Positions 12,201 to 23,220 of a stretch of DNA of 64,000 nt are shown piece by piece (within the stretch, counting starts at the first letter, position 1; each line of letters begins with the position of its first letter). The notes beneath the pieces are model-generated. The model saw only the letters and a program-made list of their open reading frames with translations. It did no database searches and had not been told where the DNA came from. The translations under genes and the position numbers were made by a program. The DNA comes from an uncultured cyanobacterium (GTDB lineage: Bacteria; Cyanobacteriota; Cyanobacteriia; Phormidesmidales; Phormidesmidaceae): positions 1,568,001 through 1,632,000 of the forward strand of contig CAWBZI010000001.1 of assembly GCA_963793265.1 (NCBI GenBank), in the 5' to 3' direction.

Positions 12201-13220
12201 TCAACGAACGCCATAAGCCGCCATCGGCTCTTTGATAAAGCGGATATACAAGTGCTTAAACGTAGAGCGCAGCACTCTAGGCGCGCCAAAATCAATCGGC
12301 TTTAGCTTCTCAGGTAGCTTCCAGTCATTCACCTTTAGCTCAGCAGGCTGCATCAGCACAAAATCTATCTGTGAAAGATCAGGGCAAAGGCCCAACCGCT
12401 TAGATTCTACTAAGGTCGGAATCTGACCAGGATCTACGCCCAGCACCTCAATCATCGCCCGGTCTAAAGCAAACACATTGTCAGAAGCCCCCAGCACGCC
12501 CAGATCTTTAGGCTCACCATGAATCGGGCCATTGCCCTCGTGACCGATAATACCGTCAATAATTGTCAGCTCCGGTGAAATCGCACGGGCTGTTTCAACC
12601 AGCATCGTGCCAAAGCGGCTGCGATCTTTCCCTGCTTCCATGTGCCACCAAGCCTTCATTTTTCCAGGTACGCAGCCAAACAGGTTTTTCACCCCTAAGG
12701 TCATGGTGAGCTGCACATGCGCTTTTACCTTCGGTAGGTTGATCACCACATCGGCATCCATGGCCTCTTTAGAGAGCAAGAAGTTGTCGAAGTCTTCGCC
12801 TTCAATGGCGTAACGCTTGCCGTGCATTTCTACGATTGGCACCTCGGCTTTGTCAGCCCATTCGAGCAGTCCATTAGCTTTAGCAACCCCACGCGCGCTG
12901 CCAAATGCAGGGCTGTCGCCTAAGAAAGGTTTGCCACCTACAGCCTGTACCATTTTGGCGACGCAGTAGACGACTTCAGGGCGAGTGGTGCATTCTTTGG
13001 TGGGCCGAGAGCCTGTGAGCAGATTGGGCTTTAAAAGAACGCGATCGCCCCTTTTCACAAATCGAGCTATTCCACCCATCGGCTCTAACAAAGCTTCCAA
13101 TTTCTGGTAGAGCGAATCAATCTCATAAGAATCAGCGCCAATTAAACTAACCGCCGAGCGAGCATCGTTCTCACTCAACTCTTCTTCTAAAGCTTGGTTC
13201 ACCATCGTGTTGCTTTCCAT
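12201..13220 (-). CDS. DUF362 domain protein
   Basis: VLLKPNLL, INLPKVKAH, TLGVKNLFGCVPG, DGIIGHEGNGP. Confidence 0.88.
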   Translation of the reverse strand: MESNTMVNQALEEELSENDARSAVSLIGADSYEIDSLYQKLEALLEPMGGIARFVKRGDRVLLKPNLLTGSRPTKECTTRPEVVYCVAKMVQAVGGKPFLGDSPAFGSARGVAKANGLLEWADKAEVPIVEMHGKRYAIEGEDFDNFLLSKEAMDADVVINLPKVKAHVQLTMTLGVKNLFGCVPGKMKAWWHMEAGKDRSRFGTMLVETARAISPELTIIDGIIGHEGNGPIHGEPKDLGVLGASDNVFALDRAMIEVLGVDPGQIPTLVESKRLGLCPDLSQIDFVLMQPAELKVNDWKLPEKLKPIDFGAPRVLRSTFKHLYIRFIKEPMAAYGVR

Positions 13221-13353
13221 TTTCGCTGTTCCTATCCTTGCTATCCCTGCACGCTATTCCACGGTGGGTTTGCATAGCGTGCCCGTACCGTCATAATAGG
13301 CTTTCTAAACAACACACGCTAAATCTGCCCTAGCTGAGCAGGCAACCTTTTTA

Positions 13354-14097
13354 ATGCTATCTTTTTGGGCTAAGACCAGCGGCACCTGGATTAACGTCGC
13401 TTTAGTTATTTTTGGTACGAGCTGCGGACTCCTACTGCGCAACCGCTTATCACCAAAGCTTCAGGCCATCATCACCCAAGCCGTGGGGCTGACAACAATT
13501 TTTATCGGCATCTCTATGGCAAGCGCATTGTCTGAGGCCAGAGCTGGGCGCGTTGATGGCGTTATTTTGGCCTTATTTGCCCTAGTCATCGGTGGACTGA
13601 TAGGAGAATGGTGGCAGATAGAGGAGCGTCTCATTGTTTTTGGAGACTGGCTCAAGGCCCGCTTTCGAGGCGGCAACCGATTTACGGAAGGGTTCGTCGC
13701 ATCCAGCCTTTTATTTTGCATTGGCCCGATGTCTATTTTAGGAAGCCTCAATAATGGCCTGCTGGGCGATAGCACTATTTTGGTGGTAAAAAGCACCATG
13801 GACGGGCTGATTTCCATTGCCCTTACCGGCACTTATGGCATCGGCGTTGGGTTCTCGATAATACCTCTGGTCATCTACCAAGGCAGTCTTTCAATCTTGG
13901 CCAGTGGCCTAGCCGAAGCAATTCCTGACCCGGCGACCGCACCTAGCATTTTGCTGGTGAGCGGTATTGGCGGCATTATGATTTTAGGGCTGGGCCTTAA
14001 CTTGTTAGATGTGAAAAAGATTCAGGTTGCTTCATTCTTACCGGCCTTACTACTTGGGCCGTTCATTAGCTGGCTGGCTCAAAGGGTATTGCCATAA
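13354..14097 (+). CDS. DUF554 membrane protein
   Basis: GTWIN, EGFVASSLLFCIGPMSILGS, KSTMDG. Confidence 0.88.
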   Translation: MLSFWAKTSGTWINVALVIFGTSCGLLLRNRLSPKLQAIITQAVGLTTIFIGISMASALSEARAGRVDGVILALFALVIGGLIGEWWQIEERLIVFGDWLKARFRGGNRFTEGFVASSLLFCIGPMSILGSLNNGLLGDSTILVVKSTMDGLISIALTGTYGIGVGFSIIPLVIYQGSLSILASGLAEAIPDPATAPSILLVSGIGGIMILGLGLNLLDVKKIQVASFLPALLLGPFISWLAQRVLP

Positions 14098-14101
14098 CTT
14101 C

Positions 14102-15748
14102 TTATCGAATTTCCATAGTGGCAGTCATAAACGAAGGCTCGGCCTGCGGTGAAGTCCGTTTGTTGGGCGTTGCTTCTACTGTCTCTTTATCGATGTCTCT
14201 GCTGGCTGAGTTGCTGACTAATCCTACAGACTGAATAGCTACCAGGCTAGATTTTGCCGATCTGATCAGGCAGTAGGCTAGCGCGATCGCGTACTGCAAA
14301 CTCAACACGCTAGTCGGCACCTCAGCACTAATCGCCACCGCTGAAGTCATCATCACAAACAGCATCAGGCAGCTCAGGTTTAATGGAAAGCGCCAGCGAT
14401 CGCCCCCACATCGATAGACACTGTAATGTATCCAGCGGCTAATAATTAAAGACAGCAGCAGCATTGCGCCAATAGCGTTAGTGCTCAGTAAAAGCGTGAA
14501 GCCGAACAGCTTTTGAATTTGTAAAAGCGGATAGATCCAAAGACGGGTGTCTTCGTTGAATCGGTTATAGAGTCCAAAGCTAAGCCGCACAGACAGCAGA
14601 AACGCCAGCCAAACTACTACATCAAACACGAGCTGATGAGATCCGCTATCTGTAATCGTCGTAAAAGCAGCGTGCCAGGGCGTTGAAAGCTTACTCATCT
14701 CTAGTAGAAAAAAGGCCGGTACGGCAAAAGCCATAGCCCAACACCAAGGCGCAGGCGTGTTTAAGTTCAGTCGAGATTTGTAGCGCGCGTAGGTTTTTGA
14801 GAGAATAGGCGTCTTCTCATACTTCTCGCCAATGATGTCGTTCTCGTAGTAGCCAATCTCGTATACGCACCAATAGCTGACGACTAGCAAAAGTAAGCTA
14901 GCAGCATTCCATAGCGGATGAGGGCTCAACGCGCTTAGGGCGATCGCTATAAAAGCCCAGTGTCCCAATACCAGGCGCTTCAAAAAGTGCGATCTATCAG
15001 GATTCTTTACCTTCTCTGAATAGTACAAGGGCAGGTAAACATCTGACATCGCAGGCACAAACTCAGCGTCCGGCCAAACGACCAGGCGTGGTATGGCCAC
15101 CGCCGCGAGCAAGGGCGCATCGTGTACTGCGTCTGTGACCGCAACAGCTTTAGCAACTGCACTAGCGCCTAAAGCCTCAGTGACCATGGCTAGCTTGCCT
15201 TTGGCGCGATCGGCTGGCCCTTGCCAAAACCGGCAGGAAACTGCTGTTTGTTCTACATCGCGATCAAGAACAACAGATAGTTGCTTCAGCAAGGGATTTA
15301 CAACAACATCAAATCCTAACGTCGCAACAATGACTTGAGCACGGGAATTGTCTTTTATTGCCTCTACGAGTGGTTGGTTCCAGTGAGCCACAGCGATCGC
15401 CCGAGCCCGCCAGTGCCATACCAGCAGCGTCCAAGGCATCAATAGCGTGACAGCAACAACCAGACACCAGTCTTTAGCCGTCTTATCACTGCGCAAAGCT
15501 TCCGGCAGCAGTCGCCAAGGCTTTAGTGCCTTAATACTCATTAGCAAGAGCGCGCCCATCGGCTTCGGATAAGCCGAATTCAAATATTCTTCTGTAGAAT
15601 TTCGTAGAAACAACGTTTCGTCAAAATCTACAATGATCGGACTTTCTGGGTCAGCAGATCGAACGGCCTTAAGTGCACTCTCAGGCGGTGCTTCTGTGGG
15701 TGGAGTAGAAATATAATTAGCTGTCACAATTTTTGATGACATGAACAC
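14102..15748 (-). CDS. HAD-like hydrolase domain fused to a multi-TM (UbiA-like) domain
   Basis: IVDFDETL HAD motif I, later TD..HD.PLL; C-terminal TM bundle with YEIGYYEND. Confidence 0.65.
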   Translation of the reverse strand: MFMSSKIVTANYISTPPTEAPPESALKAVRSADPESPIIVDFDETLFLRNSTEEYLNSAYPKPMGALLLMSIKALKPWRLLPEALRSDKTAKDWCLVVAVTLLMPWTLLVWHWRARAIAVAHWNQPLVEAIKDNSRAQVIVATLGFDVVVNPLLKQLSVVLDRDVEQTAVSCRFWQGPADRAKGKLAMVTEALGASAVAKAVAVTDAVHDAPLLAAVAIPRLVVWPDAEFVPAMSDVYLPLYYSEKVKNPDRSHFLKRLVLGHWAFIAIALSALSPHPLWNAASLLLLVVSYWCVYEIGYYENDIIGEKYEKTPILSKTYARYKSRLNLNTPAPWCWAMAFAVPAFFLLEMSKLSTPWHAAFTTITDSGSHQLVFDVVVWLAFLLSVRLSFGLYNRFNEDTRLWIYPLLQIQKLFGFTLLLSTNAIGAMLLLSLIISRWIHYSVYRCGGDRWRFPLNLSCLMLFVMMTSAVAISAEVPTSVLSLQYAIALAYCLIRSAKSSLVAIQSVGLVSNSASRDIDKETVEATPNKRTSPQAEPSFMTATMEIR

Positions 15749-16231
15749 ACGGGGGTGTAGCAGATACAGGGATTAAGTAAAGTCTTGACGGTTGCCACTG
15801 GGGCTTAAAGAGATAGATAAGTAACAGCGCAACTATCTAGATCTAGTCATTTCTTCCCAGACGAGGTGCGGCGTCCGGAAATCAGAATGAGATTTGGCTT
15901 TCTCATTGCCTAAAATTCACACTTAGTATTGAAAAATATATATAAGCGCCTTAGGAAAGCTGTGGTAACGCAGTCTCTTATATGCACCGAGACTTATCTA
16001 TGAACTATTAGTAGCGTGCTCTGAGCGCCGTATGTGGAAGCTGAAAGCTGATTATCTAAGGCTTTATCTATTAGTAAAGATGCGCTAGAGAACCGTGATT
16101 TTACGGATACGCTTTCAGTCAGCAAAGTGGCTGCAGAGTATACACAAAGAATTGGTTAGGAATGTTCTTGTAACTATGAATATCTAGACTTTGTGTTTGG
16201 TACAAACTAGAACAAATTTCCAAAAACAAAA

Positions 16232-16269
16232 AATAAGCCCCTCAGGCATATTACCCAAGAGGCTTATTC
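16232..16269 (-). terminator. Probable terminator downstream of tRNA-fMet
   Basis: AATAAGCC...GGCTTATT stem with a plus-strand A run (U tail on the minus strand). Confidence 0.55.
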
Positions 16270-16308
16270 ATTAGAGTTTCCTTGACAAGGAAGATTTCTA
16301 TTAAGAGT

Positions 16309-16385
<77 letters not shown>

Positions 16386-16528
16386 ATGCGTATTAACCAA
16401 CTTTTTATGAAACGCGCCAATTCATCAGCGCCTAACGAGTATAGCGCATCGATACCCAGCTTGTGTGCCGCAAACGTTTTTTATTTTAGATATTGTTTCG
16501 GGTAGCTCGATTCTATGGCGGCATCCCC

Positions 16529-17482
16529 TCAACTCAAAGGCAGCTCGCCCACCACATCTAGGCGGCTGTACTTGCCAGGCATCATAAACTTCTCAGCGAG
16601 CGCTTCTGACACATCAGGCGTAATCCAGCCTAGCTGCTTGAGCAAGTAGACCGCGGTCGCATATTTCGCTTGCTTAGATCCGTCAATGACCTTAATCGCA
16701 AGCCCCATGCCATCACCCACGCGCCCGATGCACTGAATGCCCTGCGCGCCTGACTTACTCACCAGCGCCCCTTCACTCAGATACATAAGCTGAGAGTCGA
16801 ACCCATCCGGCCCTGAGATCATCATGGGGTGGTGAGTCATTGCTCTGATCACACGCTCTAAGTCCAGGCTGTTACCCGAAGCTAGCTTTGCGTACAGCGT
16901 CGCCATCTGGCTAAGCTGCATAAAATAGGTGGGCACGCCGCAGTTGTCATGCGCGCAGATGAACTCATCGGCGGGCATTGCCAGCAGCTCAGCAATCTTA
17001 GAAATAATTAGCTTTTGAACGGGGTGCGATCGCTGCATATACCCATCCAAAGACCAGCCCTGCTGCTTACACACCGCCAGCATTCCAGCATGTTTGCCCG
17101 AGCAGTTATGCGCCAGCGGCGTATTCTTACTATCCGGTGTCGGGCATTGCAAGGCCAAGGGCTCTACGTCACAGCGCCAAAGAATATTAAACGCCTGACG
17201 AATTTGACCCAAGTTGCCCTGGTGCGAGCTGCACATAATCGCCAGATCTTTATCGGTGAGGTGAAAATGATCGAGGGTGCCAGTTGTGAGCAAAGAAAGC
17301 GCCTGAAAAGGCTTGAGCGCTGAGCGGATAAAGGTGCCTAGCTCTGGGTCGCCAGCGCTGGCTAAAATGCGACCGCGATCATCGCAGGCAACCGCATGAA
17401 CCTTGTGAGTAGACTCGACAATGCCCTCTCTCAAGAGCTGTACTTCGAGCGGCGCTGAGGAATGACGACTCACCCTATTCAT
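16529..17482 (-). CDS. Asparaginase (L-asparaginase II / Rhizobium-type family)
   Basis: RSALKPFQAL, SSHQG, HNCSGKHAGML, DNCGVP, SKSGAQG. Confidence 0.88.
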   Translation of the reverse strand: MNRVSRHSSAPLEVQLLREGIVESTHKVHAVACDDRGRILASAGDPELGTFIRSALKPFQALSLLTTGTLDHFHLTDKDLAIMCSSHQGNLGQIRQAFNILWRCDVEPLALQCPTPDSKNTPLAHNCSGKHAGMLAVCKQQGWSLDGYMQRSHPVQKLIISKIAELLAMPADEFICAHDNCGVPTYFMQLSQMATLYAKLASGNSLDLERVIRAMTHHPMMISGPDGFDSQLMYLSEGALVSKSGAQGIQCIGRVGDGMGLAIKVIDGSKQAKYATAVYLLKQLGWITPDVSEALAEKFMMPGKYSRLDVVGELPLS

Positions 17483-17547
17483 AAATTCTCTTGTCCGTTT
17501 TAGGAGCTATTTTGGGATTTGTAGATGGAAAAAACCAGAAGTAGAAG

Positions 17548-18087
17548 CTAGATAAACTGCCAGGTAACCAGGCTAAAAGAAATAATGCCTAGAATAACAG
17601 CGAAGGTTTTTTGCAGGCGCAGCATCAGCGGCTTTACCTGATAGTCGGCAATTAGACGATCGCGATTCACCACATCTTCAGGCTTTTCCCAAATTTGGCC
17701 ATCATACCAGCCCGACTCTTCGTAGGGCACAGCCGGTTGAGAGAGGCGATCGCACACATGACGCCAGCCCACATAAAGCTGCACCAAAGCCAGCGTCGGC
17801 AGCACCAAAGCCCCTAGAGAGCCGCTAATTACAAACTGCGGCAGCAGCTTACTTGGCCCAAAGCTCACTGCCGCCATCGGCCCAACCACTAGCCAGCTCA
17901 GCAGCCAAAGGCTAATGATTGGGCTCAGATAGCCTCGCAGATTTTGCGCACCCCAGCGATAAAACCAGGACTCGCTCATACTTTCGTATTCTTTAATCGG
18001 AATTTGATCGACCGGCACCGGACAGCGGGCACTGCGAGGACTTTTGTAAGCTTGGTCATTGGCCTGGCCGTTGGACTTGCCGTTCAT
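17548..18087 (-). CDS. ycf36: CGLD27 / Ycf36 family protein (DUF1230)
   Basis: CPVP.DQ.PI.EY, LYVGW..V..RL, YEESGWYDGQIWEKP; start chosen at ATG 18087. Confidence 0.88.
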   Translation of the reverse strand: MNGKSNGQANDQAYKSPRSARCPVPVDQIPIKEYESMSESWFYRWGAQNLRGYLSPIISLWLLSWLVVGPMAAVSFGPSKLLPQFVISGSLGALVLPTLALVQLYVGWRHVCDRLSQPAVPYEESGWYDGQIWEKPEDVVNRDRLIADYQVKPLMLRLQKTFAVILGIISFSLVTWQFI

Positions 18088-18124
18088 GTTTTTTTGCAGG
18101 TGCCGTTCATGCTTTTTTGATATT

Positions 18125-18694
18125 TTAGCGGAGTGAAGGCAACGAGGCTTGAGCCGAAGAAGGCACAAACTCAATTCGCTCTGCATGACCCCAAAAAGCT
18201 TCTAAATCGTAAAAGTCGCGATCGTCCGGCATAAAGATATGCGCAATCACCTCGCCGTAGTCTTTCACGACCCAGCGGCCCTCACTGTTGCCTTCGCTTC
18301 TTAATGGCAGTCGCTCGAACTGCTCTTCTACTGCGTCTTCAATAGAGTTTGCGATCGCTCTGACTTGAACGTTAGAAAACCCGGTGACAATGACAAAGTA
18401 ATCGGCCAGGTAAGAAATATCGCCCGTTTGCAAAATAGTGATGTCACCGGCTTTGCGATCGTCAGCAGCTTCAGCAATCGCCAGCGCTAGCGCCTTAGCC
18501 TTTTCATCAATTGGTGCTCTCGACTCATCATCTAAAGGCGGCAAAGCCTGATTGCCATCGGGCAAGTCGGCCTCTGGGTTCATTTCTACAGAGATATCAG
18601 GCGCATCGCCAACCGTTTTTTCAGACATTGCCTCAGCCATCACTTTAGGGAGATCATTCAAAAGTTCAGTTCCTCGTTCGTTCATTAAAAGCAA
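18125..18694 (-). CDS. rsfS: Ribosome silencing factor
   Basis: [28 protein letters not shown]...DYG.VI.HIF....R.FYDLE.FW; true start uncertain. Confidence 0.92.
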   Translation of the reverse strand: MLLMNERGTELLNDLPKVMAEAMSEKTVGDAPDISVEMNPEADLPDGNQALPPLDDESRAPIDEKAKALALAIAEAADDRKAGDITILQTGDISYLADYFVIVTGFSNVQVRAIANSIEDAVEEQFERLPLRSEGNSEGRWVVKDYGEVIAHIFMPDDRDFYDLEAFWGHAERIEFVPSSAQASLPSLR

Positions 18695-18909
18695 AGAGTT
18701 GTCTATATATTACTGAACCTCTCCTGCTTTATTGCGACAACCACTACCAGGCTTGACACAATGAAAGAAGTCCGTAATATTTCCTCATATTCTAGCGAAC
18801 CGCGCTGCCCGCTCTTAAGGGATAATCCACACTAGCTATCTCTCGTATTCGTCTCCAGTATTCAATCTTTCATCCCACACTTATTCTTTAGTAACGGAGC
18901 CGTTGAGCT

Positions 18910-19245
18910 TTGATTTTCGGCCTCTTTATCGGACTTATCATCGGCGCACTCTGCGCGTTCTTAATCTACTGGCTCATGAAGCACCGCATCGACCGGATGC
19001 TAAGCGCTTTGCAAAACAATCAAAGGCGCTTGCAGCAGCTAGAAAGCGAGCATGAAATTCGCCTGCGGGCAGCGACCGACCAGCTTCAGGCTGACTACGA
19101 ACGGCAGCTCGCAGAAAAGATTGAGTACTACCAGGACGACCAAATTTTGAGCACTGAGCTAGCAGAACTAGAGTTTGAAACCAGACTCAGCGTGATCGAA
19201 GCGGCTTACAACCGAGAACTAGACATGCAGCAATCTGCCTCCTAA
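18910..19245 (+). CDS. Hypothetical protein, N-terminal TM plus coiled coil
   Basis: Hydrophobic N-terminus followed by a Q/E/L-rich helix; fills the gap before the cyclophilin gene. Confidence 0.6.
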   Translation: MIFGLFIGLIIGALCAFLIYWLMKHRIDRMLSALQNNQRRLQQLESEHEIRLRAATDQLQADYERQLAEKIEYYQDDQILSTELAELEFETRLSVIEAAYNRELDMQQSAS

Positions 19246-19278
19246 CGTAGAATATTCAAGGACTATAAGGAAGGCTTT

Positions 19279-19698
19279 ATGACCAAGGCAATTATGGAAA
19301 CAAACAAGGGGACTATCAACCTTGAGTTGTTTGAGAAGGATGCACCTAACACCGTTAAGAATTTCGTTAAGCTCTCCAAAGATGGCTTCTACGACGACCT
19401 CAGCTTTCACCGCGTAATCCCTAACTTTATGGTTCAAGGCGGCTGTCCGCTGGGCACTGGCACTGGCGGCCCTGGCTACAAAATCGATTGCGAAATCAAT
19501 GACAACAAGCATCAGGCAGGCAGTCTGTCGATGGCGCACGCGGGCAAAAACACAGGCGGCTCTCAGTTCTTTATCTGCCACGAGGCGCAGCCGCACTTAG
19601 ACGGCATTCATACGGTCTTTGGTAAAACCGAAGATATGGATGTGGTCAATAAGATTGCTAAAGGCGACAAGATTGTTTCGGTTAAGATCGAAGACTAG
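19279..19698 (+). CDS. Cyclophilin-type peptidyl-prolyl isomerase
   Basis: [46 protein letters not shown]. Confidence 0.95.
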   Translation: MTKAIMETNKGTINLELFEKDAPNTVKNFVKLSKDGFYDDLSFHRVIPNFMVQGGCPLGTGTGGPGYKIDCEINDNKHQAGSLSMAHAGKNTGGSQFFICHEAQPHLDGIHTVFGKTEDMDVVNKIAKGDKIVSVKIED

Positions 19699-19721
19699 CG
19701 CGATCGCTTAAATAAAATTAG

Positions 19722-19761
19722 AAGGCTCAGGAGTGCATCTATGATGCACCCTGGGCCTTTT
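19722..19761 (+). terminator. Rho-independent terminator
   Basis: AAGGCTCAGG-AGTGCATC...GATGCAC-CCTGGGCCTTTT stem with T tail. Confidence 0.6.
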
Positions 19762-19819
19762 AGCTTTAAAATATTCAATACCTCAAAAAATACGCAAAGA
19801 ACTAAGTCGCTTTTAAGCT

Positions 19820-20509
19820 ATGGTTTCAACCCCAAATGCAGGCTCAGATGAAACCATTGGTCTGACAAACTCTTCGATTGGTAGAAAGCTGCTCACTGGC
19901 ATAACGGGCTTAGGCTTAGTCGCTTTTGTGATAGTGCACTTGCTCGGCAATCTGACGCTCTTTTTTAGCGCGAGCGCCTACAACCAGCTAGCGCACGTGA
20001 TTGAACGGTTGGGGCCGTTGACTTATTTAGTGGAAGCTTTGCTACTTGCGATCGCCCTGCTCCACATCACCATCGGCCTCAAAATCCACATCGGCAAGCG
20101 CCAGGCTCGCCCCGTAAACTACACCGAATACGAATCAGCAGGCGCACCAAGCCGTCAGACGCTCAGCTCTCGCACGATGGTCGTCTCAGGCGCGCTATTG
20201 GGTCTTTTTTTAGTTGTCCATTTAGCGACCTTCAAATTTGGCACTTACTATTTGCTACCCGGCTCTGGCGATCGCGATCTCTCACGGCTCGTCTTTGAAA
20301 CCTTTCATAAGCCTGGATACACCGCTGGCTATGTCGTCGTTTTGAGCCTGCTAGGGCTGCACCTGCGCCACGGCATTTGGAGCGCGTTGCAGTCATTGGG
20401 CATAGACACTAAGCCTGGCGTATATGGTGCAAGTGCGGTGATTGGTAGTGCGATCGCCCTTGGATTCATCGGCCTACCCCTCTCTATCTATTTCGGCCTT
20501 ATCGGCTAA
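19820..20509 (+). CDS. sdhC: Succinate dehydrogenase cytochrome b subunit (b558 family)
   Basis: SSIGRK...GITG....FV..HL.GN, further His ligands (LH, VH, HLRHG), about 5 TMs; first gene of the operon. Confidence 0.9.
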   Translation: MVSTPNAGSDETIGLTNSSIGRKLLTGITGLGLVAFVIVHLLGNLTLFFSASAYNQLAHVIERLGPLTYLVEALLLAIALLHITIGLKIHIGKRQARPVNYTEYESAGAPSRQTLSSRTMVVSGALLGLFLVVHLATFKFGTYYLLPGSGDRDLSRLVFETFHKPGYTAGYVVVLSLLGLHLRHGIWSALQSLGIDTKPGVYGASAVIGSAIALGFIGLPLSIYFGLIG

Positions 20510-20515
20510 ACAGCT

Positions 20516-22429
20516 ATGCAACTAAACGCTCGTATCCCCGATGGCCCGCTGCCCGAAAAATGGGCGCACTTCAAAGACCGCTGCAAGCTAGTAAATCCTG
20601 GCAACAAACCCAAGCACACCGTTATTGTGGTCGGCACTGGCCTTGCAGGCGCATCAGCAGCAGCGACCCTAGCAGAGCAGGGCTACCGGGTAAAGAGCTT
20701 TTGCATTCAAGACTCGCCACGTCGGGCGCACAGCATTGCAGCTCAAGGCGGCATTAATGCGGCTAAAAACTATCCGAATGATGGCGATAGCGTGTGGCGG
20801 CTGTTTTACGACACGATCAAAGGCGGCGACTATCGCTCGCGTGAGGCGAACGTTTACCGACTTGCACAAATCAGCAACCAAATTATCGATCAGTGCGTTG
20901 CTCAAGGCGTTCCTTTTGCCCGCGAATACAGCGGACTCTTGGCCAACAGATCCTTCGGCGGCGCGCAGGTTTCTCGCACCTTTTACGCACGCGGTCAAAC
21001 CGGACAGCAGCTTTTACTAGGTGCTTACGGCGCGATGATGCGGCAGGTAGCAGCAGGCCAAATTGAGCTATTCCCTCGGCGGGAAATGCTGGATCTGGTT
21101 GTCGTTGATGGCCGTGCCAGAGGCATCGTGGTGCGCAATCTTTTGACTGGCGAGTTTGAACGCTATGTCGGGGATACGGTCGTACTGGCAACGGGCGGCT
21201 ACAGCAACGTGTACTACCTTTCGACCAATGGCAAAAACTCTAACGTCACTGCCGCCTGGCGAGCCCATAAGCGCGGCGCACTGTTTGCGAATCCCTGCTT
21301 TACGCAAATTCACCCCACCTGCATTCCAGTGGCCAGTGAGTTTCAGTCGAAGCTGACGCTGATGAGTGAGAGCTTGCGGAATGATGGACGGGTGTGGGTG
21401 CCTAAGCAGGCAGGTGATGAGCGGCTGCCAGAGGATATTCCTGAGAGCGATCGCGACTACTACTTAGAGACGCGCTATCCCACATTTGGTAACTTAGTGC
21501 CGCGCGATGTGGCCTCGCGAAATGCCAAGCAGGTCATTGATGAAGGCCGGGGCGTCGGGGCTACAGGACTGGCGGTGTATCTGGATTTTCGCGATGCGAT
21601 CGCCACTCAAGGCCAAGCTGCCATCGAAACGCGCTACGGCAACCTCTTTGAAATGTATCAGCGCATTACAGGCGAAGATCCTTACGCGGTGCCGATGCGA
21701 ATTTATCCGGCTGTGCACTACACCATGGGCGGGCTGTGGGTGGACTATCACCTGATGAGCACGGTGCCCGGCTTGTTTGTGCTAGGCGAAGCAAACTTTT
21801 CGGATCACGGAGCCAATCGACTCGGGGCAAGTGCGCTGATGCAAGGACTTTCTGACGGCTACTTCGTGATTCCATATACGCTGGGCAACTATCTGGCGAC
21901 GACACCTTTGGATCAGGTGAGTACTGACGATGATGCCTTTGGTGAAGCTGAAGCCTCAGCGCGGGCAAGGACGCTGAAACTGCTGAGCATTAAGGGCGAT
22001 AAAACGATGTTGGACTTTCATCGTGAGCTGGGGCAGTTGGTTTGGAATGGGGTGGGGATTAATCGCGATCGCAATACTTTGAAAGCGACGATAGACGGGG
22101 TGCGATCGCTCCGCAGTGAATTTTGGCAAAACCTCCGCGTACCGGGCGAAGCCAACACCCTCAACAAAAACTTAGAGTTCGCAGGTCGCGTAGCCGACTT
22201 CATGGAGCTTGGCGAAGTCATGGCTCGCGATGCTTTAGCACGTGAAGAATCATGCGGCTGTCACTTCCGCGAAGAATTCCAAACGCCCGGCGGTGAAGCT
22301 AACCGCCGGGACGAACAGTTTTCGACCGCTGCCGCCTGGAAATATGAGGGCGACGAACAGCCTGCGACCCTCATTAGTGAAACGCTCACCTTTGAAAACG
22401 TCAAACTCACCCAACGTTCCTATCAATAG
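20516..22429 (+). CDS. sdhA: Succinate dehydrogenase / fumarate reductase flavoprotein
   Basis: [48 protein letters not shown]. Confidence 0.95.
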   Translation: MQLNARIPDGPLPEKWAHFKDRCKLVNPGNKPKHTVIVVGTGLAGASAAATLAEQGYRVKSFCIQDSPRRAHSIAAQGGINAAKNYPNDGDSVWRLFYDTIKGGDYRSREANVYRLAQISNQIIDQCVAQGVPFAREYSGLLANRSFGGAQVSRTFYARGQTGQQLLLGAYGAMMRQVAAGQIELFPRREMLDLVVVDGRARGIVVRNLLTGEFERYVGDTVVLATGGYSNVYYLSTNGKNSNVTAAWRAHKRGALFANPCFTQIHPTCIPVASEFQSKLTLMSESLRNDGRVWVPKQAGDERLPEDIPESDRDYYLETRYPTFGNLVPRDVASRNAKQVIDEGRGVGATGLAVYLDFRDAIATQGQAAIETRYGNLFEMYQRITGEDPYAVPMRIYPAVHYTMGGLWVDYHLMSTVPGLFVLGEANFSDHGANRLGASALMQGLSDGYFVIPYTLGNYLATTPLDQVSTDDDAFGEAEASARARTLKLLSIKGDKTMLDFHRELGQLVWNGVGINRDRNTLKATIDGVRSLRSEFWQNLRVPGEANTLNKNLEFAGRVADFMELGEVMARDALAREESCGCHFREEFQTPGGEANRRDEQFSTAAAWKYEGDEQPATLISETLTFENVKLTQRSYQ

Positions 22430-22434
22430 CTGCT

Positions 22435-23181
22435 ATGAAAATCAACTTAAAGGTGTGGCGTCAAAACAGTCCTCAATCAACAGGTGACTTTGCTAACTAC
22501 ACCGTAGAAAACGTCCAACCCGATCTCTCTTTTCTAGAAGTCCTCGACATCCTCAACGAGCAGCTCATCGCAGAAGGGGGCCTACCCGTAGAGTTTGACC
22601 ACGACTGTCGCGAAGGCATCTGTGGCTCCTGCGGCATGATGATCAACGGCCAGGCCCACGGCTCACAGCAGCGCACGGCAGTTTGCCAGCTATATATGCG
22701 TCACTTTCAAGACGGTGACACAGTAACCCTGGAGCCCTGGCGAGCAAAGGCGTTTCCAGTTATTAAAGATTTAGTCGTAGACAGAACTGCCCTAGATCGC
22801 ATCTCAGCAGCAGGCGGCTATATCTCTGTGAAAACAGGTGCCGCACCCGATGCGAACGCGGTTTTAGTGGATAAGCCAAATGCCGACAAAGCTTTTGACT
22901 ACGCAACTTGTATCGGCTGTGGCGCTTGCGTAGCCGCCTGCCCTAACGCCTCAGCCTCTCTATTTACAGCCGCCAAACTCTCTCATCTGGCGCTGCTCGA
23001 GCAAGGCAAACCAGAGCGCAAACAGCGCGTTGTGAAAATGACCACGCAGATGACAGCAGAGGGCTTTGGCGACTGCTCAAACCATGGCGAGTGCCAGTCG
23101 GTGTGCCCAAAAGGCATCTCTATTGAGGCGATTTCTCAAATGCGTCGGGAGTACATCCGCGCTAAGATACCCTTCTTCTAA
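22435..23181 (+). CDS. sdhB: Succinate dehydrogenase iron-sulfur subunit
   Basis: DCREGICGSCG, CIGCGACVAACP, CSNHGECQSVCPK. Confidence 0.95.
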   Translation: MKINLKVWRQNSPQSTGDFANYTVENVQPDLSFLEVLDILNEQLIAEGGLPVEFDHDCREGICGSCGMMINGQAHGSQQRTAVCQLYMRHFQDGDTVTLEPWRAKAFPVIKDLVVDRTALDRISAAGGYISVKTGAAPDANAVLVDKPNADKAFDYATCIGCGACVAACPNASASLFTAAKLSHLALLEQGKPERKQRVVKMTTQMTAEGFGDCSNHGECQSVCPKGISIEAISQMRREYIRAKIPFF

Positions 23182-23220
23182 CGACATTTTTAGACATTCT
23201 TTAAAGGGCATTCGCAAACG

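Noticed and set aside
15749..16308. Possible integrative element at the tRNA-fMet 3' end
   Set aside because: No integrase and no duplicated tRNA 3' end found; the neighbouring gene is HIP1-rich.
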